Assembly: GCA_964057225.1 (NCBI GenBank)
Contig: OZ059900.1
Coordinates: 21,452,001-21,516,000, forward strand
Reading direction: 5' to 3'
DNA: 64,000 nt
Origin: Auanema rhodensis
Taxonomy: Eukaryota; Animalia; Nematoda
The notes under the pieces: model-generated
Told to the model about the DNA's origin: nothing
The model's database searches: none
What the model saw: only the letters and a program-made list of their open reading frames with translations
In this document: positions 12,501 through 26,660 of the stretch, one piece after another
How the letters are laid out: every line of letters begins with the position of its first letter
How positions within the stretch are numbered: the first letter of the stretch is position 1
Position numbers and translations under genes: made by a program

Positions 12501-15500
12501 AGTATTTCCCATGAGAAATATTTTATTATGCTGGAAAACCAGTTTTTGGAAAGTTCGCTGTAAACAAGGTTTTGACTTACGATTTCATGTGTTCAAACTC
12601 ATGCAATGTCAATGAAACCTTGCTCAAAATTGTTCCTACAACGTCTAGTTCCACTTTCACGACAAAAAAACAGGGGTTAGAAAATTAAGGAAATTAGCAT
12701 ATTCTGAGGGCACGCCCCTTATGGCTAATATTGATTAAATCGATTTTTGTTCATATGAGTCGTCAAATGCAACGAATTTCAGCGTGTTACATACTAAAAT
12801 GAAGCATTTTACATGCTGAACACTATAAAAATACAAAAACACAGTATTTCCCATGAGAAATATTTTATTATGCTGGAAAACCAGTTTTTGGAAAGTTCGC
12901 TGTAAACAAGGTTTTGACTTACGATTTCATGTGTTCAAACTCATGCAATGTCAATGAAACCTTGCTCAAAATTGTTCCTACAACGTCTAGTTCCACTTTC
13001 ACGACAAAAAAACAGGGGTTAGAAAATTTAGAAAATTAGCATATTCTGAGGGCACGCCCCTTATGGCTAATATTGATTAAATCGATTTTTGTTCATATGA
13101 GTCGTCAAATGCAACGAATTTCAGCGTGTTACATACTAAAATGAAGCATTTTACATGCTGAACACTATAAAAATACAAAAACACAGTATTTCCCATGAGA
13201 AATATTTTATTATGCTGGAAAACCAGTTTTTGGAAAGTTCGCTGTAAACAAGGTTTTGACTTACGATTTCATGTGTTCAAACTCATGCAATGTCAATGAA
13301 ACCTTGCTCAAAATTGTTCCTACAACGTCTAGTTCCACTTTCACGACAAAAAAACAGGGGTTAGAAAATTTAGAAAATTAGCATATTCTGAGGGCACGCC
13401 CCTTATGGCTAATATTGATTAAATCGATTTTTGTTCATATGAGTCGTCAAATGAAACGAATTTCAGGGTGTTACATACTAAAATGAAGCATTTTACATGC
13501 TGAACACTATAAAAATACAAAAACACAGTATTTCCCATGAGAAATATTTTATTATGCTGGAAAACCAGTTTTTGGAAATTTCGCTGTAAACAAGGTTTTG
13601 ACTTACGATTTCATGTGTTCAAACTCATGCAATGTCAATGAAACCTAGCTCAAAATTGTTCCTACAACGTCTAGTTCCACTTTCACGACAAAAAAACAGG
13701 GGTTAGAAAATTTAGGAAATTAGCATATTCTGAGGGCACGCCCCTTATGGCTAATATTGATTAAATCGATTTTTGTTCATATGAGTCGTCAAATGCAACG
13801 AATTTCAGCGTATTACAAACTAAAATGAAGTATTTCACATGCTGAACACTAGAAAAATACAAAAACACAGTATTTCCCATGAGAAATATTTTATTATGCT
13901 GGAAAACCAGTTTTTGGAAATTTCGCTGTAAACAAGGTTTTGACTTACGATTTCATGTGTTCAAACTCATGCAATGTCAATGAAACCTTGCTCAAAATTG
14001 TTCCTACAACGTCTAGTTCCACTTTCACGACAAAAAAACAGGGGTTAGAAAATTTAGGAAATTAGCATATTCTGAGGGCACGCCCCTTATGGCTAATATT
14101 GATTAAATCGATTTTTGTTCATATGAGTCGTCAAATGAAACGAATTTCAGGGTGTTACATACTAAAATGAAGCATTTTACATGCTGAACACTATAAAAAT
14201 ACAAAAACACAGTATTTCCCATGAGAAATATTTTATTATGCTGGAAAACCAGTTTTTGGAAAGTTCGCTGTAAACAAGGTTTTGACTTACGATTTCATGT
14301 GTTCAAACTCATGCAATGTCAATGAAACCTAGCTCAAAATTGTTCCTACAACGTCTAGTTCCACTTTCACGACAAAAAAACAGGGGTTAGAAAATTTAGG
14401 AAATTAGCATATTCTGAGGGCACGCCCCTTATGGCTAATATTGATTAAATCGATTTTTGTTCATATGAGTCGTCAAATGCAACGAATTTCAGGGTGTTAC
14501 ATACTAAAATGAAGCATTTTACATGCTGAACACTATAAAAATACAAAAACACAGTATTTCCCATGAGAAATATTTTATTATGCTGGAAAACCAGTTTTTG
14601 GAAAGTTCGCTGTAAACAAGGTTTTGACTTACGATTTCATGTGTTCAAACTCATGCAATGTCAATGAAACCTAGCTCAAAATTGTTCCTACAACGTCTAG
14701 TTCCACTTTCACGACAAAAAAACAGGGGTTAGAAAATTAAGGAAATTAGCACATTCTGAGGGCACGCCCCTTATGGCTAATATTGATTAAATCGATTTTT
14801 GTTCATATGAGTCGTCAAATGCAACGAATTTCAGCGTGTTACATACTAAAATGAAGTATTTTACATGCTGAACACTAGAAAAATACAAAAACACAGTATT
14901 TCCCATGAGAAATATTTTATTATGCTGGAAAACCAGTTTTTGGAAATTTCGCTGTAAACAAGGTTTTGACTTACGATTTCATGTGTTCAAACTCATGCAA
15001 TGTCAATGAAACCTTGCTCAAAATTGTTCCTACAACGTCTAGTTCCACTTTCACGACAAAAAAACAGGGGTTAGAAAATTTAGGAAATTAGCATATTCTG
15101 AGGGCACGCCCCTTATGGCTAATATTGATTAAATCGATTTTTGTTCATATGAGTCGTCAAATGCAACGAATTTCAGCGTATTACAAACTAAAATGAAGTA
15201 TTTCACATGCTGAACACTAGAAAAATACAAAAACACAGTATTTCCCATGAGAAATATTTTATTATGCTGGAAAACCAGTTTTTGGAAATTTCGCTGTAAA
15301 CAAGGTTTTGACTTACGATTTCATGTGTTCAAACTCATGCAATGTCAATGAAACCTTGCTCAAAATTGTTCCTACAACGTCTAGTTCCACTTTCACGACA
15401 AAAAAACAGGGGTTAGAAAATTTAGAAAATTAGCATATTCTGAGGGCACGCCCCTTATGGCTAATATTGATTAAATCGATTTTTGTTCATATGAGTCGTC

Positions 15501-16065
15501 AAATGAAACGAATTTCAGGGTGTTACATACTAAAATGAAGCATTTTACATGCTGAACACTATAAAAATACAAAAACACAGTATTTCCCATGAGAAATATT
15601 TTATTATGCTGGAAAACCAGTTTTTGGAAAGTTCGCTGTAAACAAGGTTTTGACTTACGATTTCATGTGTTCAAACTCATGCAATGTCAATGAAACCTAG
15701 CTCAAAATTGTTCCTACAACGTCTAATTCCACTTTCACGACAAAAAAACAGGGGTTAGAAAATTAAGGAAATTAGCACATTCTGAGGGCACGCCCCTTAT
15801 GGCTAATATTGATTAAATCGATTTTTGTTCATATGAGTCGTCAAATGCAACGAATTTCAGCGTGTTACATACTAAAATGAAGCATTTTACATGCTGAACA
15901 CTATAAAAATACAAAAACACAGTATTTCCCATGAGAAATATTTTATTATGCTGGAAAACCAGTTTTTGGAAAGTTCGCTGTAAACAAGGTTTTGACTTAC
16001 GATTTCATGTGTTCAAACTCATGCAATGTCAATGAAACCTAGCTCAAAATTGTTCCTACAACGTC

Positions 16066-18456
16066 TAGTTCCACTTTCACGACAAAAAACAGGGGTTAGA
16101 AAATTAAGGAAATTAGCATATTCTGAGGGCACGCCTCTATGGCTTATATTGATTAAATCGATTTTTGTTCATATGATTCGTCAAATGCATTGAATTTCAG
16201 CGTGTTACATACTAAAATGAAGTGTTTTACATGCTGAACACTAGAAAAATACAAAAACACAGTATTTCCCATGAGAAATATTTTATTATGCTGGAAAACC
16301 AGTTTTTGGAAATTTCGCTGTAAACAAGGTTTTGACTTACGATTTCATGTGTTCAAACTCATGCAATGTCAATGAAACCTAGCTCAAAATTGTTCCTACA
16401 ACGTCTAGTTCCACTTTCACGACAAAAAACAGGGGTTAGAAAATTAAGGAAATTAGCATATTCTGAGGGCACGCCCCTTATGGCTAATATTGATTAAATC
16501 GATTTTTGTTCATATGAGTCGTCAAATGCAACGAATTTCAGCGTGTTACATACTAAAATGAAGCATTTTACATGCTGAACACTATAAAAATACAAAAACA
16601 CAGTATTTCCCATGAGAAATATTTTATTATGCTGGAAAACCAGTTTTTGGAAATTTCGCTGTAAACAAGGTTTTGACTTACGATTTCATGTGTTCAAACT
16701 CATGCAATGTCAATGAAACCTAGCTCAAAATTGTTCCTACAACGTCTAATTCCACTTTCACGACAAAAAAACAGGGGTTAGAAAATTAAGGAAATTAGCA
16801 TATTCTGAGGGCACGCCCCTTATGGCTAATATTGATTAAATCGATTTTTGTTCATATGAGTCGTCAAATGCAACGAATTTTAGCGTGTTACATACTAAAA
16901 TGAAGCATTTTACATGCTGAACACTAGAAAAATACAAAAACACAGTATTTCCCATGAGAAATATTTTATTATGCTGGAAAACCAGTTTTTGGAAATTTCG
17001 CTGTAAACAAGGTTTTGACTTACGATTTCATGTGTTCAAACTCATGCAATGTCAATGAAACCTAGCTCAAAATTGTTCGTACAACGTCTAGTTCCACTTT
17101 CACGACAAAAAAACAGGGGTTAGAAAATTAAGGAAATTAGCATATTCTGAGGGCACGCCCCTTATGGCTAATATTGATTAAATCGATTTTTGTTCATATG
17201 AGTCGTCAAATGCAACGAATTTTAGCGTGTTACATACTAAAATGAAGCATTTTACATGCTGAACACTAGAAAAATACAAAAACACAGTATTTCCCATGAG
17301 AAATATTTTATTATGCTGGAAAACCAGTTTTTGGAAATTTCGCTGTAAACAAGGTTTTGACTTACGATTTCATGTGTTCAAACTCATGCAATGTCAATGA
17401 AACCTAGCTCAAAATTGTTCGTACAACGTCTAGTTCCACTTTCACGACAAAAAAACAGGGGTTAGAAAATTAAGGAAATTAGCATATTCTGAGGGCACGC
17501 CCCTTATGGCTAATATTGATTAAATCGATTTTTGTTCATATGAGTCGTCAAATGCAACGAATTTCAGCGTATTACAAACTAAAATGAAGTATTTCACATG
17601 CTGAACACTAGAAAAATACAAAAACACAGTATTTCCCATGAGAAATATTTTATTATGCTGGAAAACCAGTTTTTGGAAATTTCGCTGTAAACAAGGTTTT
17701 GACTTACGATTTCATGTGTTCAAACTCATGCAATGTCAATGAAACCTTGCTCAAAATTGTTCCTACAACGTCTAGTTCCACTTTCACGACAAAAAAACAG
17801 GGGTTAGAAAATTTAGGAAATTAGCATATTCTGAGGGCACGCCCCTTATGGCTAATATTGATTAAATCGATTTTTGTTCATATGAGTCGTCAAATGAAAC
17901 GAATTTCAGGGTGTTACATACTAAAATGAAGCATTTTACATGCTGAACACTATAAAAATACAAAAACACAGTATTTCCCATGAGAAATATTTTATTATGC
18001 TGGAAAACCAGTTTTTGGAAAGTTCGCTGTAAACAAGGTTTTGACTTACGATTTCATGTGTTCAAACTCATGCAATGTCAATGAAACCTAGCTCAAAATT
18101 GTTCCTACAACGTCTAATTCCACTTTCACGACAAAAAAACAGGGGTTAGAAAATTAAGGAAATTAGCACATTCTGAGGGCACGCCCCTTATGGCTAATAT
18201 TGATTAAATCGATTTTTGTTCATATGAGTCGTCAAATGCAACGAATTTCAGCGTGTTACATACTAAAATGAAGTATTTTACATGCTGAACACTAGAAAAA
18301 TACAAAAACACAGTATTTCCCATGAGAAATATTTTATTATGCTGGAAAACCAGTTTTTGGAAATTTCGCTGTAAACAAGGTTTTGACTTACGATTTCATG
18401 TGTTCAAACTCATGCAATGTCAATGAAACCTAGCTCAAAATTGTTCCTACAACGTC
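16066..18456 (+). repeat. 7-mer higher-order unit (2391 bp) led by the 340-bp 'X' monomer
   Basis: The X monomer (gcctctatggcttat, gattcgtc, gcattg, aagtgtt) starts at 16066 and 18457, and again at 37938 and 40329. Both spacings are 2391 bp. Confidence 0.85.
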
Positions 18457-21400
18457 TAGTTCCACTTTCACGACAAAAAACAGGGGTTAGAAAATTAAGG
18501 AAATTAGCATATTCTGAGGGCACGCCTCTATGGCTTATATTGATTAAATCGATTTTTGTTCATATGATTCGTCAAATGCATTGAATTTCAGCGTGTTACA
18601 TACTAAAATGAAGTGTTTTACATGCTGAACACTAGAAAAATACAAAAACACAGTATTTCCCATGAGAAATATTTTACTATGCTGGAAAACCAGTTTTTGG
18701 AAATTTCGCTGTAAACAAGGTTTTGACTTACGATTTCATGTGTTCAAACTCATGCAATGTCAATGAAACCTAGCTCAAAATTGTTCCTACAACGTCTAGT
18801 TCCACTTTCACGACAAAAAACAGGGGTTAGAAAATTAAGGAAATTAGCATATTCTGAGGGCACGCCCCTTATGGCTAATATTGATTAAATCGATTTTTGT
18901 TCATATGAGTCGTCAAATGCAACGAATTTCAGCGTGTTACATACTAAAATGAAGCATTTTACATGCTGAACACTATAAAAATACAAAAACACAGTATTTC
19001 CCATGAGAAATATTTTATTATGCTGGAAAACCAGTTTTTGGAAATTTCGCTGTAAACAAGGTTTTGACTTACGATTTCATGTGTTCAAACTCATGCAATG
19101 TCAATGAAACCTAGCTCAAAATTGTTCCTACAACGTCTAATTCCACTTTCACGACAAAAAAACAGGGGTTAGAAAATTAAGGAAATTAGCATATTCTGAG
19201 GGCACGCCCCTTATGGCTAATATTGATTAAATCGATTTTTGTTCATATGAGTCGTCAAATGCAACGAATTTTAGCGTGTTACATACTAAAATGAAGCATT
19301 TTACATGCTGAACACTAGAAAAATACAAAAACACAGTATTTCCCATGAGAAATATTTTATTATGCTGGAAAACCAGTTTTTGGAAATTTCGCTGTAAACA
19401 AGGTTTTGACTTACGATTTCATGTGTTCAAACTCATGCAATGTCAATGAAACCTAGCTCAAAATTGTTCGTACAACGTCTAGTTCCACTTTCACGACAAA
19501 AAAACAGGGGTTAGAAAATTAAGGAAATTAGCATATTCTGAGGGCACGCCCCTTATGGCTAATATTGATTAAATCGATTTTTGTTCATATGAGTCGTCAA
19601 ATGCAACGAATTTTAGCGTGTTACATACTAAAATGAAGCATTTTACATGCTGAACACTAGAAAAATACAAAAACACAGTATTTCCCATGAGAAATATTTT
19701 ATTATGCTGGAAAACCAGTTTTTGGAAATTTCGCTGTAAACAAGGTTTTGACTTACGATTTCATGTGTTCAAACTCATGCAATGTCAATGAAACATAGCT
19801 CAAAATTGTTCGTACAACGTCTAGTTCCACTTTCACGACAAAAAAACAGGGGTTAGAAAATTAAGGAAATTAGCATATTCTGAGGGCACGCCCCTTATGG
19901 CTAATATTGATTAAATCGATTTTTGTTCATATGAGTCGTCAAATGCAACGAATTTCAGCGTGTTACATACTAAAATGAAGCATTTTACATGCTGAACACT
20001 AGAAAAATACAAAAACACAGTATTTCCCATGAGAAATATTTTATTATGCTGGAAAACCAGTTTTTGGAAATTTCGCTGTAAACAAGGTTTTGACTTACGA
20101 TTTCATGTGTTCAAACTCATGCAATGTCAATGAAACCTAGCTCAAAATTGTTCCTACAACGTCTAGTTCCACTTTCACGACAAAAAAAACAGGGGTTAGA
20201 AAATTTAGGAAATTAGCATATTCTGAGGGCACGCCCCTTATGGCTAATATTGATTAAATCGATTTTTGTTCATATGAGTCGTCAAATGCAACGAATTTCA
20301 GCGTATTACAAACTAAAATGAAGTATTTCACATGCTGAACACTAGAAAAATACAAAAACACAGTATTTCCCATGAGAAATATTTTATTATGCTGGAAAAC
20401 CAGTTTTTGGAAATTTCGCTGTAAATAAGGTTTTGACTTACGATTTCATGTGTTCAAACTCATGCAATGTCAATGAAACCTTGCTCAAAATTGTTCCTAC
20501 AACGTCTAGTTCCACTTTCACGACAAAAAAACAGGGGTTAGAAAATTTAGGAAATTAGCATATTCTGAGGGCACGCCCCTTATGGCTAATATTGATTAAA
20601 TCGATTTTTGTTCATATGAGTCGTCAAATGAAACGAATTTCAGGGTGTTACATACTAAAATGAAGCATTTTACATGCTGAACACTATAAAAATACAAAAA
20701 CACAGTATTTCCCATGAGAAATATTTTATTATGCTGGAAAACCAGTTTTTGGAAAGTTCGCTGTAAACAAGGTTTTGACTTACGATTTCATGTGTTCAAA
20801 CTCATGCAATGTCAATGAAACCTAGCTCAAAATTGTTCCTACAACGTCTAATTCCACTTTCACGACAAAAAAACAGGGGTTAGAAAATTAAGGAAATTAG
20901 CACATTCTGAGGGCACGCCCCTTATGGCTAATATTGATTAAATCGATTTTTGTTCATATGAGTCGTCAAATGCAACGAATTTCAGCGTATTACAAACTAA
21001 AATGAAGTATTTCACATGCTGAACACTAGAAAAATACAAAAACACAGTATTTCCCATGAGAAATATTTTATTATGCTGGAAAACCAGTTTTTGGAAAGTT
21101 CGCTGTAAACAAGGTTTTGACTTACGATTTCATGTGTTCAAACTCATGCAATGTCAATGAAACCTAGCTCAAAATTGTTCCTACAACGTCTAATTCCACT
21201 TTCACGACAAAAAAACAGGGGTTAGAAAATTAAGGAAATTAGCACATTCTGAGGGCACGCCCCTTATGGCTAATATTGATTAAATCGATTTTTGTTCATA
21301 TGAGTCGTCAAATGCAACGAATTTCAGCGTGTTACATACTAAAATGAAGTATTTTACATGCTGAACACTAGAGAAATACAAAAACACAGTATTTCCCATA

Positions 21401-22557
21401 AGAAATATTTTATTATGCTGGAAAACCAGTTTTTGGAAATTTCGCTGTAAACAAGGTTTTGACTTACGATTTCATGTGTTCAAACTCATGCAATGTCAAT
21501 GAAACCTAGCTCAAAATTGTTCGTACAACGTCTAGTTCCACTTTCACGACAAAAAAACAGGGGTTAGAAAATTAAGGAAATTAGCATATTCTGAGGGCAC
21601 GCCCCTTATGGCTAATATTGATTAAATCGATTTTTGTTCATATGAGTAGTCAAATGCAACGAATTTCAGCGTGTTACATACTAAAATGAAGTATTTTACA
21701 TGCTGAACACTAGAAAAATACAAAAACACAGTATTTCCCATGAGAAATATTTTATTATGCTGGAAACCAGTTTTTGGAATTTTCGCTGTAAACAAGGTTT
21801 TGACTTACGATTTCATGTGTTCAAACTCATGCAATGTCAATAAAACCTAGCTCAAAATTGTTCGTACAACGTCTAGTTCCACTTTCACGACAAAAAAACA
21901 GGGGTTAGAAAATTTAGGAAATTAGCATATTCTGAGGGCACGCCCCTTATGGCTAATATTGATTAAATCGATTTTTGTTCATATAAGTCGTCAAATGCAA
22001 CGAATTTCAGCGTGTTACATACTAAAATGAAGTATTTTACATGCTGAACACTAGAAAAATACAAAAACACAGTATTTCCCATGAGAAATATTTTATTATG
22101 CTGGAAAACCAGTTTTTGGAAATTTCGCTGTAAACAAGGTTATGACTTACGATTTCATGTGTTCAAACTCATGCAATGTCAATGAAACCTAGCTCAAAAT
22201 TGTTCGTACAACGTCTAGTTCCACTTTCACGACAAAAAAACAGGGGTTAGAAAATTTAGGAAATTAGCATATTCTGAGGGCACGCCCCTTATGGCTAATA
22301 TTGATTAAATCGATTTTTGTTCATATGAGTCGTCAAATGCAACGAATTTCAGCGTGTTACATACTAAAATGAAGTATTTTACATGCTGAACACTAGAAAA
22401 ATACAAAAACACAGTATTTCCCATGAGAAATATTTTATTATGCTGGAAAACCAGTTTTTGGAAATTTCGCTGTAAACAAGGTTTTGACTTACGATTTCAT
22501 GTGTTCAAACTCATGCAATGTCAATGAAACCTAGCTCAAAATTGTTCCTACAACGTC

Positions 22558-25500
22558 TAGTTCCACTTTCACGACAAAAAACAGGGGTTAGAAAATTAAG
22601 GAAATTAGCATATTCTGAGGGCACGCCCCTTATGGCTAATATTGATTAAATCGATTTTTGTTCATATGAGTCGTCAAATGCAACGAATTTCAGCGTGTTA
22701 CATACTAAAATGAAGCATTTTACATGCTGAACACTAGAAAAATACAAAAACACAGTATTTCCCATGAGAAATATTTTATTATGCTGGAAAACCACTTTTT
22801 GGAAATTTCGCTGTAAACAAGGTTTTGACTTACGATTTCATGTGTTCAAACTCATGCAATGTCAATGAAACCTAGCTCAAAACTGTTCCTACAACGTCTA
22901 GTTCCACTTTCACGACAAAAAAACAGGGGTTAGAAAATTAAGGAAATTAGCATATTCTGAGGGCACGACCTTTATGGCTAATATTGATTAAATCGATTTT
23001 TGTTCATATGAGTCGTCAAATGCAACGAATTTCAGCGTGTTACATACTAAAGTGAAGCATTTTACATGCTGAACACTATAAAAATACAAAAACACAGTAT
23101 TTCCCATGAGAAATATTTTATTATGCTGGAAAACCAGTTTTTGGAAATTTCGCTGTAAACAAGGTTTTGACTTACGATTTCATGTGTTCAAACTCATGCA
23201 ATGTCAATGAAACCTAGCTCAAAACTGTTCGTACAACGTCTAGTTCCACTTTCACGACAAAAAAACAGGGGTTAGAAAATTTAGGAAATTAGCATATTCT
23301 GAGGGCACGCCCCTTATGGCTAATATTGATTAAATCGATTTTTGTTCATATGAGTCGTCAAATGCAACGAATTTCAGCGTGTTACATACTAAAATGAAGT
23401 ATTTTACATGCTGAACACTAGAAAAATACAAAAACACAGTATTTCCCATAAGAAATATTTTATTATGCTGGAAAACCAGTTTTTGGAAATTTCGCTGTAA
23501 ACAAGGTTTTGACTTACGATTTCATGTGTTCAAACTCATGCAATGTCAATGAAACCTAGCTCAAAATTGTTCGTACAACGTCTAGTTCCACTTTCACGAC
23601 AAAAAAACAGGGGTTAGAAAATTAAGGAAATTAGCATATTCTGAGGGCACGCCCCTTATGGCTAATATTGATTAAATCGATTTTTGTTCATATGAGTCGT
23701 CAAATGCAACGAATTTCAGCGTGTTACATACTGAAATGAAGCATTTTACATGCTGAACACTAGAAAAATACAAAAACACAGTTTTTCCCATGAGAAATAT
23801 TTTATTATGCTGGAAAACCAGTTTTTGGAAATTTCGCTGTAAACAAGGTTTTGACTTACGATTTCATGTGTTCAAACTCATGCAATGTCAATGAAACCTA
23901 GCTCAAAACTGTTCGTACAACGTCTAGTTCCACTTTCACGACAAAAAAACAGGGGTTAGAAAATTTAGGAAATTAGCATATTCTGAGGGCACGCCCCTTA
24001 TGGCTAATATTGATTAAATCGATTTTTGTTCATATGAGTCGTCAAATGCAACGAATTTCAGCGTGTTACATACTAAAATGAAGTATTTTACATGCTGAAC
24101 ACTAGAAAAATACAAAAACACAGTATTTCCCATAAGAAATATTTTATTATGCTGGAAAACCAGTTTTTGGAAATTTCGCTGTAAACAAGGTTTTGACTTA
24201 CGATTTCATGTGTTCAAACTCATGCAATGTCAATGAAACCTTGCTCAAAATTGTTCCTACAACGTCTAGTTACACTTTCACGACAAAAAAACAGGGGTTA
24301 GAAAATTAAGGAAATTAGCATATTCTGAGGGCACGCCCCTTATGGCTAATATTGATTAAATCGATTTTTGTTCATATGAGTCGTCAAATGAAACGAATTT
24401 CAGGGTGTTACATACTAAAATGAAGCATTTTACATGCTGAACACTATAAAAATACAAAAACACAGTATTTCCCATGAGAAATATTTTATTATGCTGGAAA
24501 ACCAGTTTTTGGAAAGTTCGCTGTAAACAAGGTTTTGACTTACGATTTCATGTGTTCAAACTCATGCAATGTCAATGAAACCTAGCTCAAAATTGTTCCT
24601 ACAACGTCTAATTCCACTTTCACGACAAAAAAACAGGGGTTAGAAAATTAAGGAAATTAGCACATTCTGAGGGCACGCCCCTTATGGCTAATATTGATTA
24701 AATCGATTTTTGTTCATATGAGTCGTCAAATGCAACGAATTTCAGCGTGTTACATACTAAAATGAAGTATTTTACATGCTGAACACTAGAAAAATACAAA
24801 AACACAGTATTTCCCATGAGAAATATTTTATTATGCTGGAAAACCAGTTTTTGGAAATTTCGCTGTAAACAAGGTTTTGACTTACGATTTCATGTGTTCA
24901 AACTCATGCAATGTCAATGAAACCTAGCTCAAAATTGTTCCTACAACGTCTAGTTCCACTTTCACGACAAAAAACAGGGGTTAGAAAATTAAGGAAATTA
25001 GCATATTCTGAGGGCACGCCCCTTATGGCTAATATTGATTAAATCGATTTTTGTTCATATGAGTCGTCAAATGCAACGAATTTCAGCGTGTTACATACTA
25101 AAATGAAGCATTTTACATGCTGAACACTAGAAAAATACAAAAACACAGTATTTCCCATGAGAAATATTTTATTATGCTGGAAAACCACTTTTTGGAAATT
25201 TCGCTGTAAACAAGGTTTTGACTTACGATTTCATGTGTTCAAACTCATGCAATGTCAATGAAACCTAGCTCAAAACTGTTCCTACAACGTCTAGTTCCAC
25301 TTTCACGACAAAAAAACAGGGGTTAGAAAATTAAGGAAATTAGCATATTCTGAGGGCACGACCTTTATGGCTAATATTGATTAAATCGATTTTTGTTCAT
25401 ATGAGTCGTCAAATGCAACGAATTTCAGCGTGTTACATACTAAAGTGAAGCATTTTACATGCTGAACACTATAAAAATACAAAAACACAGTATTTCCCAT

Positions 25501-26660
25501 GAGAAATATTTTATTATGCTGGAAAACCAGTTTTTGGAAATTTCGCTGTAAACAAGGTTTTGACTTACGATTTCATGTGTTCAAACTCATGCAATGTCAA
25601 TGAAACCTAGCTCAAAACTGTTCGTACAACGTCTAGTTCCACTTTCACGACAAAAAAACAGGGGTTAGAAAATTTAGGAAATTAGCATATTCTGAGGGCA
25701 CGCCCCTTATGGCTAATATTGATTAAATCGATTTTTGTTCATATGAGTCGTCAAATGCAACGAATTTCAGCGTGTTACATACTAAAATGAAGTATTTTAC
25801 ATGCTGAACACTAGAAAAATACAAAAACACAGTATTTCCCATAAGAAATATTTTATTATGCTGGAAAACCAGTTTTTGGAAATTTCGCTGTAAACAAGGT
25901 TTTGACTTACGATTTCATGTGTTCAAACTCATGCAATGTCAATGAAACCTAGCTCAAAATTGTTCGTACAACGTCTAGTTCCACTTTCACGACAAAAAAA
26001 CAGGGGTTAGAAAATTAAGGAAATTAGCATATTCTGAGGGCACGCCCCTTATGGCTAATATTGATTAAATCGATTTTTGTTCATATGAGTCGTCAAATGC
26101 AACGAATTTCAGCGTGTTACATACTGAAATGAAGCATTTTACATGCTGAACACTAGAAAAATACAAAAACACAGTTTTTCCCATGAGAAATATTTTATTA
26201 TGCTGGAAAACCAGTTTTTGGAAATTTCGCTGTAAACAAGGTTTTGACTTACGATTTCATGTGTTCAAACTCATGCAATGTCAATGAAACCTAGCTCAAA
26301 ACTGTTCGTACAACGTCTAGTTCCACTTTCACGACAAAAAAACAGGGGTTAGAAAATTTAGGAAATTAGCATATTCTGAGGGCACGCCCCTTATGGCTAA
26401 TATTGATTAAATCGATTTTTGTTCATATGAGTCGTCAAATGCAACGAATTTCAGCGTGTTACATACTAAAATGAAGTATTTTACATGCTGAACACTAGAA
26501 AAATACAAAAACACAGTATTTCCCATAAGAAATATTTTATTATGCTGGAAAACCAGTTTTTGGAAATTTCGCTGTAAACAAGGTTTTGACTTACGATTTC
26601 ATGTGTTCAAACTCATGCAATGTCAATGAAACCTTGCTCAAAATTGTTCCTACAACGTCT
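22558..26660 (+). repeat. Tandem duplication of a 5-monomer block with a 7-monomer (2393 bp) offset
   Basis: Private markers ccacttttt, gacctttatgg (22968/25361), aaagtg, ctgaaatg and tagttacact all recur 2393 bp apart. Confidence 0.85.
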